Source of the DNA: a virus
Lineage: Duplodnaviria; Caudoviricetes
Length of the DNA stretch: 64,000 bases
Direction: 5' to 3' (one strand)
Virus record (IMG/VR): IMGVR_UViG_3300017780_003104
Coordinates: 32,001-96,000 of that record
Position numbers and translations under genes: made by a program. This document shows positions 8,380-18,293 of the stretch, one piece after another. The notes under the pieces were generated by a model. It worked only from the letters and a program-made list of their open reading frames with translations. It was not told where the DNA came from and did not search any database. The first letter of the stretch is position 1. Each line of letters begins with the position of its first letter.

Positions 8380-8628
8380 TTAAGGGCGCACATTCTGTGC
8401 CAACTTTACTTTTTTCTTACCTTTTTTCTTCGCCAAACCTCTACGAGTCTGAACTCCCCCTAAAATTTTAGGGATTCTGGTGTCCCCAGCCGCAAAACCA
8501 TCAACATTATCAAGACTACCACCAGAAGTTGGAGCACCACCCATGATACCCGCCACATCCATTTCAACTAGAACCTTTTCCTCATAAAGTTTTGAAAGTT
8601 TTTCCTGCTCTTCTATTGACAATCTCAT
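8380..8628 (-). CDS. hypothetical small protein, probable virion protein (start revised to 8628)
   Basis: Exact T4 late box TATAAATA (8634-8641 on minus) 5 nt before ATG; begins MRLSIEEQEKLSKLYEEK; basic C-terminus. Confidence 0.55.
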   Translation of the reverse strand: MRLSIEEQEKLSKLYEEKVLVEMDVAGIMGGAPTSGGSLDNVDGFAAGDTRIPKILGGVQTRRGLAKKKGKKKVKLAQNVRP

Positions 8629-8643
8629 ATTCTTATTTATACT
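8616..8643 (+). promoter_or_regulatory. early promoter TTGACA-N16-TATACT for the yopX-uvsY-uvsW operon; overlaps a divergent late promoter
   Basis: TTGACA 8616-8621, TATACT 8638-8643, ATG at 8653. Confidence 0.7.
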
Positions 8644-8652
8644 ATCATTATA

Positions 8653-9003
8653 ATGAATAGAGAAATAAAGTTTAAGTTCTGGGATCATGCAGAAAAGAGA
8701 TTTATTAATTTGTGTCGTGTAGATGAGAATGGGAAAGTTCGGGAGGGGAATGATTATTACGATGATGTCATCATTCTACAATACACTGGAACAAAGGATA
8801 AAAATGGTAAAGAAATTTACGAGGGAGATATATTAAAAATACATTGGAGGATTGAATCACTAAACCTAGATCATTATTTCGAAGCAGTTAAATGGGATAG
8901 TTTTGGGAATTGTTGGGGACCAATAGGGACATTGACAATTGATTCGATTGAAAACGAAGTAGTTGGAAATATTTTCGAAAATCCCGAAATACAATTATTA
9001 TGA
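8653..9003 (+). CDS. YopX family protein
   Basis: MNREIKFKFWD...ILQYTGTKDKNGKEIYEGDIL...EVVGNIFENPE. Confidence 0.85.
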   Translation: MNREIKFKFWDHAEKRFINLCRVDENGKVREGNDYYDDVIILQYTGTKDKNGKEIYEGDILKIHWRIESLNLDHYFEAVKWDSFGNCWGPIGTLTIDSIENEVVGNIFENPEIQLL

Positions 9004-9389
9004 GTTTATACGACGATTATAGAAAGCAATACACCCAATTCACCAGTATCAATGATATGAATCTGGAGGAACGCATTATGCGTGTTCCCGCAGAGAAGCA
9101 TTTCTGGGTGGAACGACTTATTGAAGCAAAAAGACTTAAATTTAAGCTACTGAAGGAACGAAAGGTTCAAAAAGATGCCAATATTAAGAAAGCTATACAA
9201 GAAGGTGTGGTGAATTTAACCAAACAAACACTTGATAAGCTGGACAATACAGAAGAAATCGAAATCATTGATGAAAAAATTCAAGATAACGATTTATTAG
9301 TCGAATACTTGGAGCATGTAGTGAAACATATTACCTATATTGCTCAGGATATCAAGAATATCCTAACTATTAAAGAAATGCAGATGTAA
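9000..9389 (+). CDS. uvsY: UvsY-like recombination mediator
   Basis: Helical protein ending LVEYLEHVVKHITYIAQDIKNIL, directly upstream of uvsW as in T4-like phages. Confidence 0.65.
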   Translation: MSLYDDYRKQYTQFTSINDMNLEERIMRVPAEKHFWVERLIEAKRLKFKLLKERKVQKDANIKKAIQEGVVNLTKQTLDKLDNTEEIEIIDEKIQDNDLLVEYLEHVVKHITYIAQDIKNILTIKEMQM

Positions 9390-10828
9390 TGGTGACATTT
9401 GATTACAATAAATCCTATAGAAAGGGAAAATTGATTTGTGATGAATCCATTTTATCGTTTATTCGTAATCATTTTTCTGTTAAGAATCTCAATGCATCAT
9501 TTATTCAAAGAAAACTAAAACTAAAAGGTTCAAATGCTAAAGTTCCCGAGCGGGAATATGCGATTCAAGAATCTGGAATGTTTGATTTAGGATTAGCGAA
9601 TGAGATAATATCATTTTTGCGTTCCGAACAACTTAATGATATTGCAGTTACTCCTGAATTTAAGGAAATTAGAAAATGTGGTTTGGACGTTCAGGAAGTC
9701 GTAGATACACTTAAGCATCCATTACGAGACTACCAGACCGAAACAGTTCTAAACGCTCTACAAAACGGTTGTGGAACGATTGTGGTGGCAACTGGTGGTG
9801 GTAAGAGTTTAATTCAAGCATCTATTCTTGAGAATTGGAAATTATCTAAAGGATCTCTCAAATGTTTATTGATTGTTCCCGGTGTTGGTCTTGTCAATCA
9901 ACTTTTAAAAGACTTTGAAGAATACGGTGTGAAATTCACACATTCTGGATGGACTGGAGAACTTGATACTAAGGGTAACTATACGATGCCCAAACGGGAC
10001 ACTGAAGTTGTTATAGTCAATACAGAATTATTATGTTCTCAATTCGGGAACTTTAAAGATCTAATTGATGTCGATCTCGTTTTACGGGATGAGTGTCATG
10101 GTTCAAAGCAAGGTAATCAGATTACAAAGGTTGTTTCGAAAATACGAACCCATAATAAGTTTGGATTCACTGGAACTCTTCCAAAAGAGAAGATCGATGA
10201 GTGGAAAATCATTGGAACCTTTGGTCCCGTAATTTACGAGAAAAATTCAAAGGAACTTAGAGATGAGGAATACCTCACAAATGTTCTAATACGAATTCTG
10301 AAGTTGAAACATAAACACGTTGTAAGAGGATATAAGAAAGAATTACAGATTATTCAGGATAGTGAAGAGAGACATTCCATTATCCGAAAACTTACAACAA
10401 AAATGAATAATAATGTTCTTATCATGGTCAATCGTTTGGATCATGGTAATAATTTATTAAATGCTTTACAGATTGTAGGTAAAGAAACATTTTTTGTTCA
10501 TGGCGAAATTCCAGTTTCCGAAAGAGCGGAGATAATAGCCAAGATGGAAGCACAAGATAATATTGTGTGTATTGCCATGTCATCCATTTTCTCAACAGGT
10601 ATCAACATTAAGAATTTGCATTATATTATTTTTACCGCTGGTGGTAAATCATTCATTCGAATAATTCAATCGATTGGTCGTGGATTAAGATTACATGATT
10701 CAAAAGAAAAACTTGTAATATTCGATTTATATGATAACTTTATATTCTCTACAAATCATGTGGAGGAAAGAAAGAAATTTTATGATGAGGAGAAGATTCC
10801 TTGGCGGGAGATATCGATAAACATATGA
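9389..10828 (+). CDS. uvsW: UvsW SF2 DNA helicase
   Basis: LRDYQ, VVATGGGKS, DECH, FGFTGT, FSTGINIKNL, IIQSIGRGLR motifs. Confidence 0.93.
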   Translation: MVTFDYNKSYRKGKLICDESILSFIRNHFSVKNLNASFIQRKLKLKGSNAKVPEREYAIQESGMFDLGLANEIISFLRSEQLNDIAVTPEFKEIRKCGLDVQEVVDTLKHPLRDYQTETVLNALQNGCGTIVVATGGGKSLIQASILENWKLSKGSLKCLLIVPGVGLVNQLLKDFEEYGVKFTHSGWTGELDTKGNYTMPKRDTEVVIVNTELLCSQFGNFKDLIDVDLVLRDECHGSKQGNQITKVVSKIRTHNKFGFTGTLPKEKIDEWKIIGTFGPVIYEKNSKELRDEEYLTNVLIRILKLKHKHVVRGYKKELQIIQDSEERHSIIRKLTTKMNNNVLIMVNRLDHGNNLLNALQIVGKETFFVHGEIPVSERAEIIAKMEAQDNIVCIAMSSIFSTGINIKNLHYIIFTAGGKSFIRIIQSIGRGLRLHDSKEKLVIFDLYDNFIFSTNHVEERKKFYDEEKIPWREISINI

Positions 10829-11040
10829 AAAAAAATAACACGGGAAGAATACTCTCAGATGAACATAGGGAGAAACTACGTCAGGCCAAATTAGGTAAGC
10901 ATCTTACGGAGGAACATAAAGAAAGATTGAAGGAAGCCAAATCCAAATCATCTTACAAACATTCCGAGGAAACCAAGATAAAGATAGGGCTTGCTAGTAT
11001 AGGTAGAACTAAAAATAGAAAGAATATAAATGAAAACTAA
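10825..11040 (+). CDS. stand-alone NUMOD3-repeat DNA-binding protein (start revised to 10825)
   Basis: Three NUMOD3-like units (LSDEHREKLRQA, LTEEHKERLKEA, HSEETKIKIGLA); ATGA overlap with the uvsW stop; no nuclease domain. Confidence 0.65.
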   Translation: MKKNNTGRILSDEHREKLRQAKLGKHLTEEHKERLKEAKSKSSYKHSEETKIKIGLASIGRTKNRKNINEN

Positions 11041-11482
11041 CAAAGAGGTGAAGGAACTTTTTTACGTGTCATCTAAAGTGTTCCGTGAACAACTGGAAAA
11101 ATACTACAATGATGATAAGATGACAAATGAATTAGCCACCAACGTAATAAAGATCGCTGAAGGTCTTAGTTATAATTGGAGATTCATTAATTATACCAAA
11201 TCATGGAAAGATGAGATGGTGGGAGATGCAATTGTTAAAATGTATTCTGCGTTGGAAGATAAGAAATTCCGAATTGAGTCAACATTCAATCCATTTTCAT
11301 ATTTCAACCGAATAGCATGGAATGCTTTTTCCAATCGTATTAAGAAGGAGAAGAAACAACACGAAGGACTTGAAGAATACAAACAAATGGTATATGAGGA
11401 TGAAATGAATGATTCTTCTCATGGTTCTGTTTATGTAAGACCAATGTTGGAACACGATTCAGAGGATGGTGGATACGAATGA
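11030..11482 (+). CDS. gp55: late-transcription sigma factor
   Basis: IAEGLSYNWRFINYT.SWKDEMVGDAI...NPFSYFNRIAWNAFSNRIKKEKK. Confidence 0.88.
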   Translation: MKTNKEVKELFYVSSKVFREQLEKYYNDDKMTNELATNVIKIAEGLSYNWRFINYTKSWKDEMVGDAIVKMYSALEDKKFRIESTFNPFSYFNRIAWNAFSNRIKKEKKQHEGLEEYKQMVYEDEMNDSSHGSVYVRPMLEHDSEDGGYE

Positions 11483-11628
11483 CATTTGAAAACATAGTAA
11501 TTGGGATTTCATCTTTTCTCTATTTCGCGGTTGCAATTAGTTTCGCAATTAAGGGAAATTGGGCTTGGTTTTTTATTTGGTTGTGCTATAGTGGCGCAAA
11601 CGTTGGATTAATAATTGTAAAGAAATGA
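11479..11628 (+). CDS. 49-aa two-helix membrane protein; missing from the ORF track
   Basis: Manual translation MTFENIVIGISSFLYFAVAISFAIKGNWAWFFIWLCYSGANVGLIIVKK*; ATGA overlap with the gp55 stop; fills the gap exactly. Confidence 0.65.
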   Translation: MTFENIVIGISSFLYFAVAISFAIKGNWAWFFIWLCYSGANVGLIIVKK

Positions 11629-11631
11629 AAT

Positions 11632-12654
11632 ATGTTAAAGAAATCTAAAGTATCAATATTCTCTGATCTTCATTTGGGAATTTATGGTAATTCTGAATCA
11701 TGGCACAAAGTAGCATTACAGTGGGCCGAATGGATTGCAAAGGAATTGGATAAAAAGAAAATCAAGGATGTATTTTTCCTTGGTGATTTCTTTCATAATA
11801 GATCCGAAATCAGTGTTCAAACAATTCATGTGGCTTCTCAGATACTGGATAAGTTGTCAGATTTCAACATAATCATGATCGTGGGAAACCATGATGCATA
11901 TTACAAGAACAGATCGGATATTCATAGTCTTGCTCTTTTAAATGGTCACAAAAATTTAACGATTGTTGACAAAAACTTAACGATTTCTGAATTTGATAAA
12001 GAGTTGTTGTTTATTCCTTGGAACTCCGAGTTATCTGATGGTAAATTCGACTATATATTCGGTCATTTTGAGATTCAGAACTTTAAGATGAATAATTTCA
12101 AAGTTTGTGACCATGGATTGACTGCTATCGACTTCTTAGGTGGTAAAACAGACACGGTATTCTCTGGTCATTTTCATCATAGAAATTCGAGAAAATATAA
12201 CGAAGGGAATATTCACTATATTGGAAATACTTTCCCTATGGATTTCGCAGACGCTGAAAATATCAAAGGTTATCATATTCTAGATCTGGAAGATGGTGAT
12301 TTAGAGTTTTATGAAAATACAGTATCCCCAAAATTCAAGAAGATTACCTTCTCAAAAATAAAAGATTATACAAAGGATGATTTCCAAAACAATGTGGTCA
12401 AGTTGATCGTAGATATTGATGCTTCTGAAAAACAAGTTGAAAAGGTTCAGACTTATATCTCCAAATTCAAACCATTCCAGTTTAATACGGAATATAATAC
12501 CACATCTAAAACTGTGGAGGATGTTGAAACAATTGATTCCATTGATTTGGTTGAATCGATGGAAGAGTTCTTAACCCAATTGAAATTTGAAGCAGATAAA
12601 CAAGCGAGGATCGATAAAATAGTAAAGGATTTATATGAAAAAAATAAAATTTAA
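11632..12654 (+). CDS. gp47: Mre11/SbcD-like recombination nuclease
   Basis: FSDLHLG, FLGDFFH, IVGNHD, FGHFE and SGHFH metallophosphoesterase motifs. Confidence 0.92.
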   Translation: MLKKSKVSIFSDLHLGIYGNSESWHKVALQWAEWIAKELDKKKIKDVFFLGDFFHNRSEISVQTIHVASQILDKLSDFNIIMIVGNHDAYYKNRSDIHSLALLNGHKNLTIVDKNLTISEFDKELLFIPWNSELSDGKFDYIFGHFEIQNFKMNNFKVCDHGLTAIDFLGGKTDTVFSGHFHHRNSRKYNEGNIHYIGNTFPMDFADAENIKGYHILDLEDGDLEFYENTVSPKFKKITFSKIKDYTKDDFQNNVVKLIVDIDASEKQVEKVQTYISKFKPFQFNTEYNTTSKTVEDVETIDSIDLVESMEEFLTQLKFEADKQARIDKIVKDLYEKNKI

Positions 12655-14428
12655 AACATTATCTATTCAGAATTTTCTCAGCATCGGGAACGATACTGTA
12701 GTAATCGATTTCCAAAATGGTCTTAATCTGATTACTGGAACCAACCTCGATAATCCAGAAAGAAGAAATGGAACAGGCAAATCCGCAATCATTGAGGGGT
12801 TCTATTATGCCTTGTTTGGAACCACCATTCGTGACATCAAAAAGGAGTTTGTGATTAATAATTGCACCAAAGGTAAAGGCTCAATTGATCTATCGTTCGA
12901 TATTCAAACAGATACAGGCACAAACTCGTATAGAATTGTAAGACAACTCAAACCTTCAACTGTTGAGTTATATAAAGTCGGTGAAACTGATCCAATCACG
13001 AAAGATTCGATAGCAAACACCAATAGATATATTTGCGACCTAATTGGATCAAATCCGGTCATTTGTAAATCGTGTGATATTCTATCCCTTAGTGATAACA
13101 CACCATTTATGGGTAAAAAACCTGAAGATAAGCGTAAGTTTATCGAGGATATTTTCGCTTTAGAGATTTTCGGTAAAATGTTGAAGGAGTTGAAGGAGTT
13201 GATCAAGGATAATAAGGCTGAAGTTTCGGTGGTCAATGCTACTCTAATTGAGATTTCTAATTCTCTCGATAATTTAATAAAATTATCAGATGAGCAGAAA
13301 GAAGAGATCGCAGAAAGAGACGAATTACTTAAAAAAAGAAAAGAAGAGTTACAAACCAAAATAGATACCCTTCAAGCACAATATGATGATTTGAAATCAA
13401 TTTCTATTGATCACATTCAAGACGAAAATATTAAGCTGGATAACGCATGGGTTAATATTGATGGAAAACTTTCTAAATTAGTTTTTAAGATATCAGAGGA
13501 AACTGCTTTATTGAAGGTTAAAAATTCCGAATTGAGTAAAGCTGATGGTGTTGATGGTGCATCTTGTGATAAATGCTTACAGAGCATTCCTGAATCCCAT
13601 ATTGAACATATTAAACGTATCAAAGATGATCTTGGGATTGAAATTGCTAGAATAAAAGAAGTGATATTATCACTGAACATTGATAAAGATGAATGGAATG
13701 TTAAGAAATCTAGAATTCAGTCTAAATTGGGTTCAAACTCAGATATATTAAAGGCTGCTAAAAAAATTGAAGACGAAAAAGAAACAATTTTAGCTGCAAT
13801 TGATCTTCAGAAAAATATATTAGAAAATATCGATTTCAAACAACCGGATATGAAGTCTTTTGAAGGTATAATCAACGAAACCGTCGAAAGGCAGACACTA
13901 CAATCGGATGTTCTAAAAAATCTAAAGCAAAATTCTGAAGATTTAGAGGTATGTAAATTTATTTTTGGAGAAGAGGGTATTAAATCATTCATCATTAAGA
14001 GATTGTTGGATATGTTGAACTCCAGTATTCAGAAATATATCACGGATCTTGGGATGACCATGCGATGTAAATTTGATGAGTATTTTGATGAAAAAATAAC
14101 CAATGATAAGGGTGTAGATATCTCATATTGGAACTTTTCCGGTGGTGAACGTAGGACAGTTGATCTTGCTTGTGCATGGGCATTTAAGGATATCAAGAAA
14201 AAGATTTCCGGGGTATCATCCAATGTAGAATTTCTTGATGAGATGTTTGACTTAGCATTCGATGAACGTGGAGTAGATTTACTAATAGAAGTTTTAAAAA
14301 ATAGGATCGAGAAAAACAATCTCTCATGCTATGCGATTTCCCATAGAAAAGAAACATTGAAACATGTTGATGGTGAAATTGTCAATATCCAAAAAGAAAA
14401 TGGTATAACTACTAGAATAATTGATTGA
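12635..14428 (+). CDS. gp46: Rad50/SbcC-like recombination ATPase
   Basis: NGTGKS Walker A, coiled coil with CDKC zinc hook, FSGGE signature, FLDE Walker B, ISH. Confidence 0.93.
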   Translation: MKKIKFKTLSIQNFLSIGNDTVVIDFQNGLNLITGTNLDNPERRNGTGKSAIIEGFYYALFGTTIRDIKKEFVINNCTKGKGSIDLSFDIQTDTGTNSYRIVRQLKPSTVELYKVGETDPITKDSIANTNRYICDLIGSNPVICKSCDILSLSDNTPFMGKKPEDKRKFIEDIFALEIFGKMLKELKELIKDNKAEVSVVNATLIEISNSLDNLIKLSDEQKEEIAERDELLKKRKEELQTKIDTLQAQYDDLKSISIDHIQDENIKLDNAWVNIDGKLSKLVFKISEETALLKVKNSELSKADGVDGASCDKCLQSIPESHIEHIKRIKDDLGIEIARIKEVILSLNIDKDEWNVKKSRIQSKLGSNSDILKAAKKIEDEKETILAAIDLQKNILENIDFKQPDMKSFEGIINETVERQTLQSDVLKNLKQNSEDLEVCKFIFGEEGIKSFIIKRLLDMLNSSIQKYITDLGMTMRCKFDEYFDEKITNDKGVDISYWNFSGGERRTVDLACAWAFKDIKKKISGVSSNVEFLDEMFDLAFDERGVDLLIEVLKNRIEKNNLSCYAISHRKETLKHVDGEIVNIQKENGITTRIID

Positions 14429-14456
14429 CAGTGGGAGTGGACATACTAATTATAGT

Positions 14457-15659
14457 ATGTTTAATAAACATCCATTTACCAATCCATTCCCAGAGTCACC
14501 TTTTCATAATTCACCAATTCCTAAAAAGGAACCAGAAGCTAAAGAGGGTGGTAATAGATATATAAATTTCAATGCTGGAAATGATGGGTGTATGGCATAT
14601 CGTAGAGGATTTGTATCCAATCATATTAAACTTTCAGGATATGGTGATGTTACCGACTTAACTAAGATGATAGGTGATAAGAATTTTTATTCAGATATCA
14701 AGTCCATATCACTTCAAAGACAAGCAGCAGCACACCAAAAGCAGTTTATGCAATTCTTAAAATCCATTCAACCAGAATTTGGATTTAAATTGATCTATGA
14801 AGTGGATGATGTTGTATTTAGAGAAGAAATACCAAATCATAACGCTTCTAAACATGGATTTGATTCCGATGAAATTCGACAAAATTGTGTCGATATGATC
14901 AATATGGTTGATGAAGTTACTGTGACTTGTCAATATATGAAAGACTTATATATCGAAAAGACCGGACAAGAAAGAATCACCGTAGTTCCAAACTTTATGC
15001 CTCACTGGTGGATTGGTCATCAATATGATTATCGGGCAATTTGTGATAATCTCGACAAAAATAAGAAAAAACCAAGAATTGTATATGCTGGTTCGGGAGC
15101 ACATTTCGATGTGAAGGGAAATGCGGGTGGTCAAGATGACTTTTCACATATATTGAAGTTTATCATCGATAATAGACATAAATATCAATTTGTTTTTATT
15201 GGTGCGTATCCTCCAGCATTGCATAATTATATTCAATCGAAGGAGATTGAATTTCATGTGTGGAAATCTATATTAGAGTATCCAAATTTCTTAGCATCGT
15301 TGAATGCTCAATTATTCATTGCACCATTAATGGATATACCATTCAATAGAAGTAAGTCAGATATTAAATTTATGGAAGCTGCACAATTGGGAATTCCATG
15401 TATTTGTCAGGATATGGTCACTTATAGTTCTGCGCCTGATCTCTTGAAGTTTACAACTGCCGAAGAATTGGCAGATAAGATTGAAATCTTAACTAATTGG
15501 AAAAATAGATCAAAATATTACAAATTGGTTCCTGAATTGAGAAAACTTGGAGAGACTAGGTTCTTAGAACACCCACAAAATATTGGATGCTTCTTGGAAG
15601 CGTTAGATACTCCATGGGGATCGAACCAAAGACACTATTTGAAGAAGTGGAATCCTTGA
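14457..15659 (+). CDS. GT-B fold (GT4-like) glycosyltransferase (track start 14421; ATG 14457 preferred)
   Basis: YEVDD, DEVTVT..YMKDLY, TVVPN, RIVYAGS..H, FIAPL...FNRSKSDIKFMEAAQLGIPCI. Confidence 0.8.
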   Translation: MFNKHPFTNPFPESPFHNSPIPKKEPEAKEGGNRYINFNAGNDGCMAYRRGFVSNHIKLSGYGDVTDLTKMIGDKNFYSDIKSISLQRQAAAHQKQFMQFLKSIQPEFGFKLIYEVDDVVFREEIPNHNASKHGFDSDEIRQNCVDMINMVDEVTVTCQYMKDLYIEKTGQERITVVPNFMPHWWIGHQYDYRAICDNLDKNKKKPRIVYAGSGAHFDVKGNAGGQDDFSHILKFIIDNRHKYQFVFIGAYPPALHNYIQSKEIEFHVWKSILEYPNFLASLNAQLFIAPLMDIPFNRSKSDIKFMEAAQLGIPCICQDMVTYSSAPDLLKFTTAEELADKIEILTNWKNRSKYYKLVPELRKLGETRFLEHPQNIGCFLEALDTPWGSNQRHYLKKWNP

Positions 15660-15683
15660 CATTTCTCAGATTTGGGGTATATT
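15656..15683 (+). promoter_or_regulatory. early promoter TTGACA-N16-TATATT upstream of the DNA polymerase
   Basis: TTGACA 15656-15661, TATATT 15678-15683, ATG at 15693. Confidence 0.65.
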
Positions 15684-15692
15684 TGAATCGAT

Positions 15693-18263
15693 ATGTATCG
15701 GAACTGTGTTTACAACAATAAAACCAAATCAATCCATCTTTGGACTTGGGATGCCAATGGTAATAGGGTATTCCAAGAATTGGATTATAGTCCATATTTA
15801 TATCTTGAAAGTAAATCGGGTGATTCTAAATCGATTTATGGAACTCTCCTCAAAAAGAAAGAGTTCCAAACACTATGGGATCGAAATAAATTCGTAAAGG
15901 AGAGTGGGATTAAAAGAATATTCGAAGATCTCCCACCATACCAACATTTTTTAATTGATAATTATTATCATCTCAATGAAGATGATGACTTTGCGAAGAA
16001 TCCATTGAAGATAATGTATTTCGATATTGAGTGTCCCGGCACTGGCGACTTCCCAGAGCCTGAGTTTGCGAAAAATGTAATAAATTTATTAACATGTTAT
16101 GATTCTTTATCTAAAAAGTATACAGTATTTGGTTTAAAAAATTATATACCGAAAGATGAGTCAGTTAAATACCATCACTGTAAATCTGAAGAAGACTTAC
16201 TCAAGAAATTTATAGGTCATTTTTCTTCAGACTATCCAGATTGTTTAGTTGGATGGAATAGTGGTGGGTTTGACATCCCATATCTGATCAATAGAATCAC
16301 CTTCCAATTGGGAAAGGAATGGGCAGATGAGTTATCACCACTTGGTAGAATTTACGAAAAAATTAATGCTACTGGTAAGTTCGGGCAACCCTCAAAGGAA
16401 TATGTCATCGAAGGAATTTCATGTGTTGACTACCTAATTTTATATAAAAAGTTTGCTATGAATCCACAGGAGTCGTATAAATTGGATTATATAGGAGAGA
16501 TTGAATTAAATGACCAGAAAATATCATATGAGGGATCGTTATGGGATTTATCTGTGAATGATTGGGAGAAATATGTAGATTATAATATTCAAGACGTTAA
16601 ACTTGTCATCGATTTAGATGACGAATTAAAATATCTAGATTTATTGAGATTTATAGCATATCTTGGATTATGTAATTTAGAAAATGCCATTAAAACTGTT
16701 CCAGTTATTAATGGTGCAGTCGCTATTCGTGCAAGGCATAGGGGAGAGAAAATACCAACCTTCATTAGACCAAGAAATGATGATAAGATCCCCGGAGGAT
16801 ATGTGGCTAAACCGAAATTGGGGTTCTCACAGAACGTTGTAAGCTTCGATGCGAACTCTCTTTACCCAAGTGTGATGATATCGTTGAATATGTCACCAGA
16901 AACTAAACTTGGATCACTTGAGAAGATTGATGATATTTACAGAATAAAACATGTATCCGGTAAGACTTTTGATTTATCTGGTCCAAATTTTGTGGAATTT
17001 ATAAAGAGTGAAAAGGCATCTTTATCTAAATCTAATATATTATTTTCTCAGAAGAAGATTGGGATTATGCCAGAATTCTTAGATTTCTTATATACTAAGA
17101 GAAAAGAAATGAAGTCTAAAATGTTTAAAGTTAAACGACAATTAGATGAATCAAAACTCTCCAAAAAGGAAATAATAGAATTAAAAACACAAATTAAGAA
17201 ATTTGACACATTCCAAAATGCTTATAAGATTACCTTAAATTCTACATATGGGTATTGTGCTAATAAGTTTGCACCATTGGGGGATGACGAGATTGGAAGT
17301 TCGGTTACACTGACTGGTCAAGCGGTTATTAAAAAAAGTAACGAATTATTTGAAAGATTTATCTCAGAATTCTACCCAGATTTATCTGGTAAATGTGATA
17401 ATGCACTTATATATAATGATACTGATTCTATATATATTTCGATGAAGTTATTCGAAGATGTGGGAATTAATTTAAAAAAAGATGGTAAGATATCTGATGA
17501 GTTTTTTCAGTTATGTGATAGATTTGAGAACTATCTTAATGATGGAATGAATTCTTGGTCTGAAAAATCTCTATTAAGTAAGGATTCTAGATTTGTATTT
17601 AAGAGGGAGTGTATATGCGATAATGTTACATTTGTCAGTGGTAAAAATTATGTTTTACATATTTTAGATGATGAGGGAATGGAAGTTGATAAATTTAAAT
17701 ATAAAGGTGTATCTGTAGTTAAAACTACAATGCCTAAAGTCCTCAAGCCTTATGTGAAAAAGATTATTGAAACCATGGTTATGAGTCAATCCATGTCTGA
17801 GACTAATAAAGCTTTCATAGATGCATATGATATATTTAAAAGTCTAGATGTCGATTCCATATATCAAAATTGCACAATGAATAAGTATGAGAGTCATAAG
17901 CCTAGAATGGATCGGTACACTTTAACTAAAGGAAAACCATCAATTCCAAATCATGTCGGTGCTGCTCATTTCCACGATACTTTAATTGATGAATTGGGAA
18001 TCTCTAATAAATATGAAAAGTTTAAATCTGGGGATAAAGTTAAAAAGGTTTATCTTAAAAACCCTAATCGGTATGGTATTAGTGTTATAGGATTTAAAGG
18101 TAAGTATCCACCTGAATTTAGTGAAATATTTGAGATTGATTATGAGAAAATGTTTGGTAAATTACTATACAATGCAATTGAGGTGTTCTATAAATCTGTT
18201 AATTGGAAGCTTCGAAAGCCAAATGAAAATATCAAAATAGAGTTGGAGGATTTTTTTAATTAA
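15693..18263 (+). CDS. gp43: family B DNA polymerase with 3'-5' exonuclease; no intein seen
   Basis: YFDIE, GWNSGGFDIPY, YNIQDV, SFDANSLYPS, KITLNSTYG, YNDTDS. Confidence 0.96.
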   Translation: MYRNCVYNNKTKSIHLWTWDANGNRVFQELDYSPYLYLESKSGDSKSIYGTLLKKKEFQTLWDRNKFVKESGIKRIFEDLPPYQHFLIDNYYHLNEDDDFAKNPLKIMYFDIECPGTGDFPEPEFAKNVINLLTCYDSLSKKYTVFGLKNYIPKDESVKYHHCKSEEDLLKKFIGHFSSDYPDCLVGWNSGGFDIPYLINRITFQLGKEWADELSPLGRIYEKINATGKFGQPSKEYVIEGISCVDYLILYKKFAMNPQESYKLDYIGEIELNDQKISYEGSLWDLSVNDWEKYVDYNIQDVKLVIDLDDELKYLDLLRFIAYLGLCNLENAIKTVPVINGAVAIRARHRGEKIPTFIRPRNDDKIPGGYVAKPKLGFSQNVVSFDANSLYPSVMISLNMSPETKLGSLEKIDDIYRIKHVSGKTFDLSGPNFVEFIKSEKASLSKSNILFSQKKIGIMPEFLDFLYTKRKEMKSKMFKVKRQLDESKLSKKEIIELKTQIKKFDTFQNAYKITLNSTYGYCANKFAPLGDDEIGSSVTLTGQAVIKKSNELFERFISEFYPDLSGKCDNALIYNDTDSIYISMKLFEDVGINLKKDGKISDEFFQLCDRFENYLNDGMNSWSEKSLLSKDSRFVFKRECICDNVTFVSGKNYVLHILDDEGMEVDKFKYKGVSVVKTTMPKVLKPYVKKIIETMVMSQSMSETNKAFIDAYDIFKSLDVDSIYQNCTMNKYESHKPRMDRYTLTKGKPSIPNHVGAAHFHDTLIDELGISNKYEKFKSGDKVKKVYLKNPNRYGISVIGFKGKYPPEFSEIFEIDYEKMFGKLLYNAIEVFYKSVNWKLRKPNENIKIELEDFFN

Positions 18264-18293
18264 TTATGAACGATTTAAATTGGAGAGAGTATA

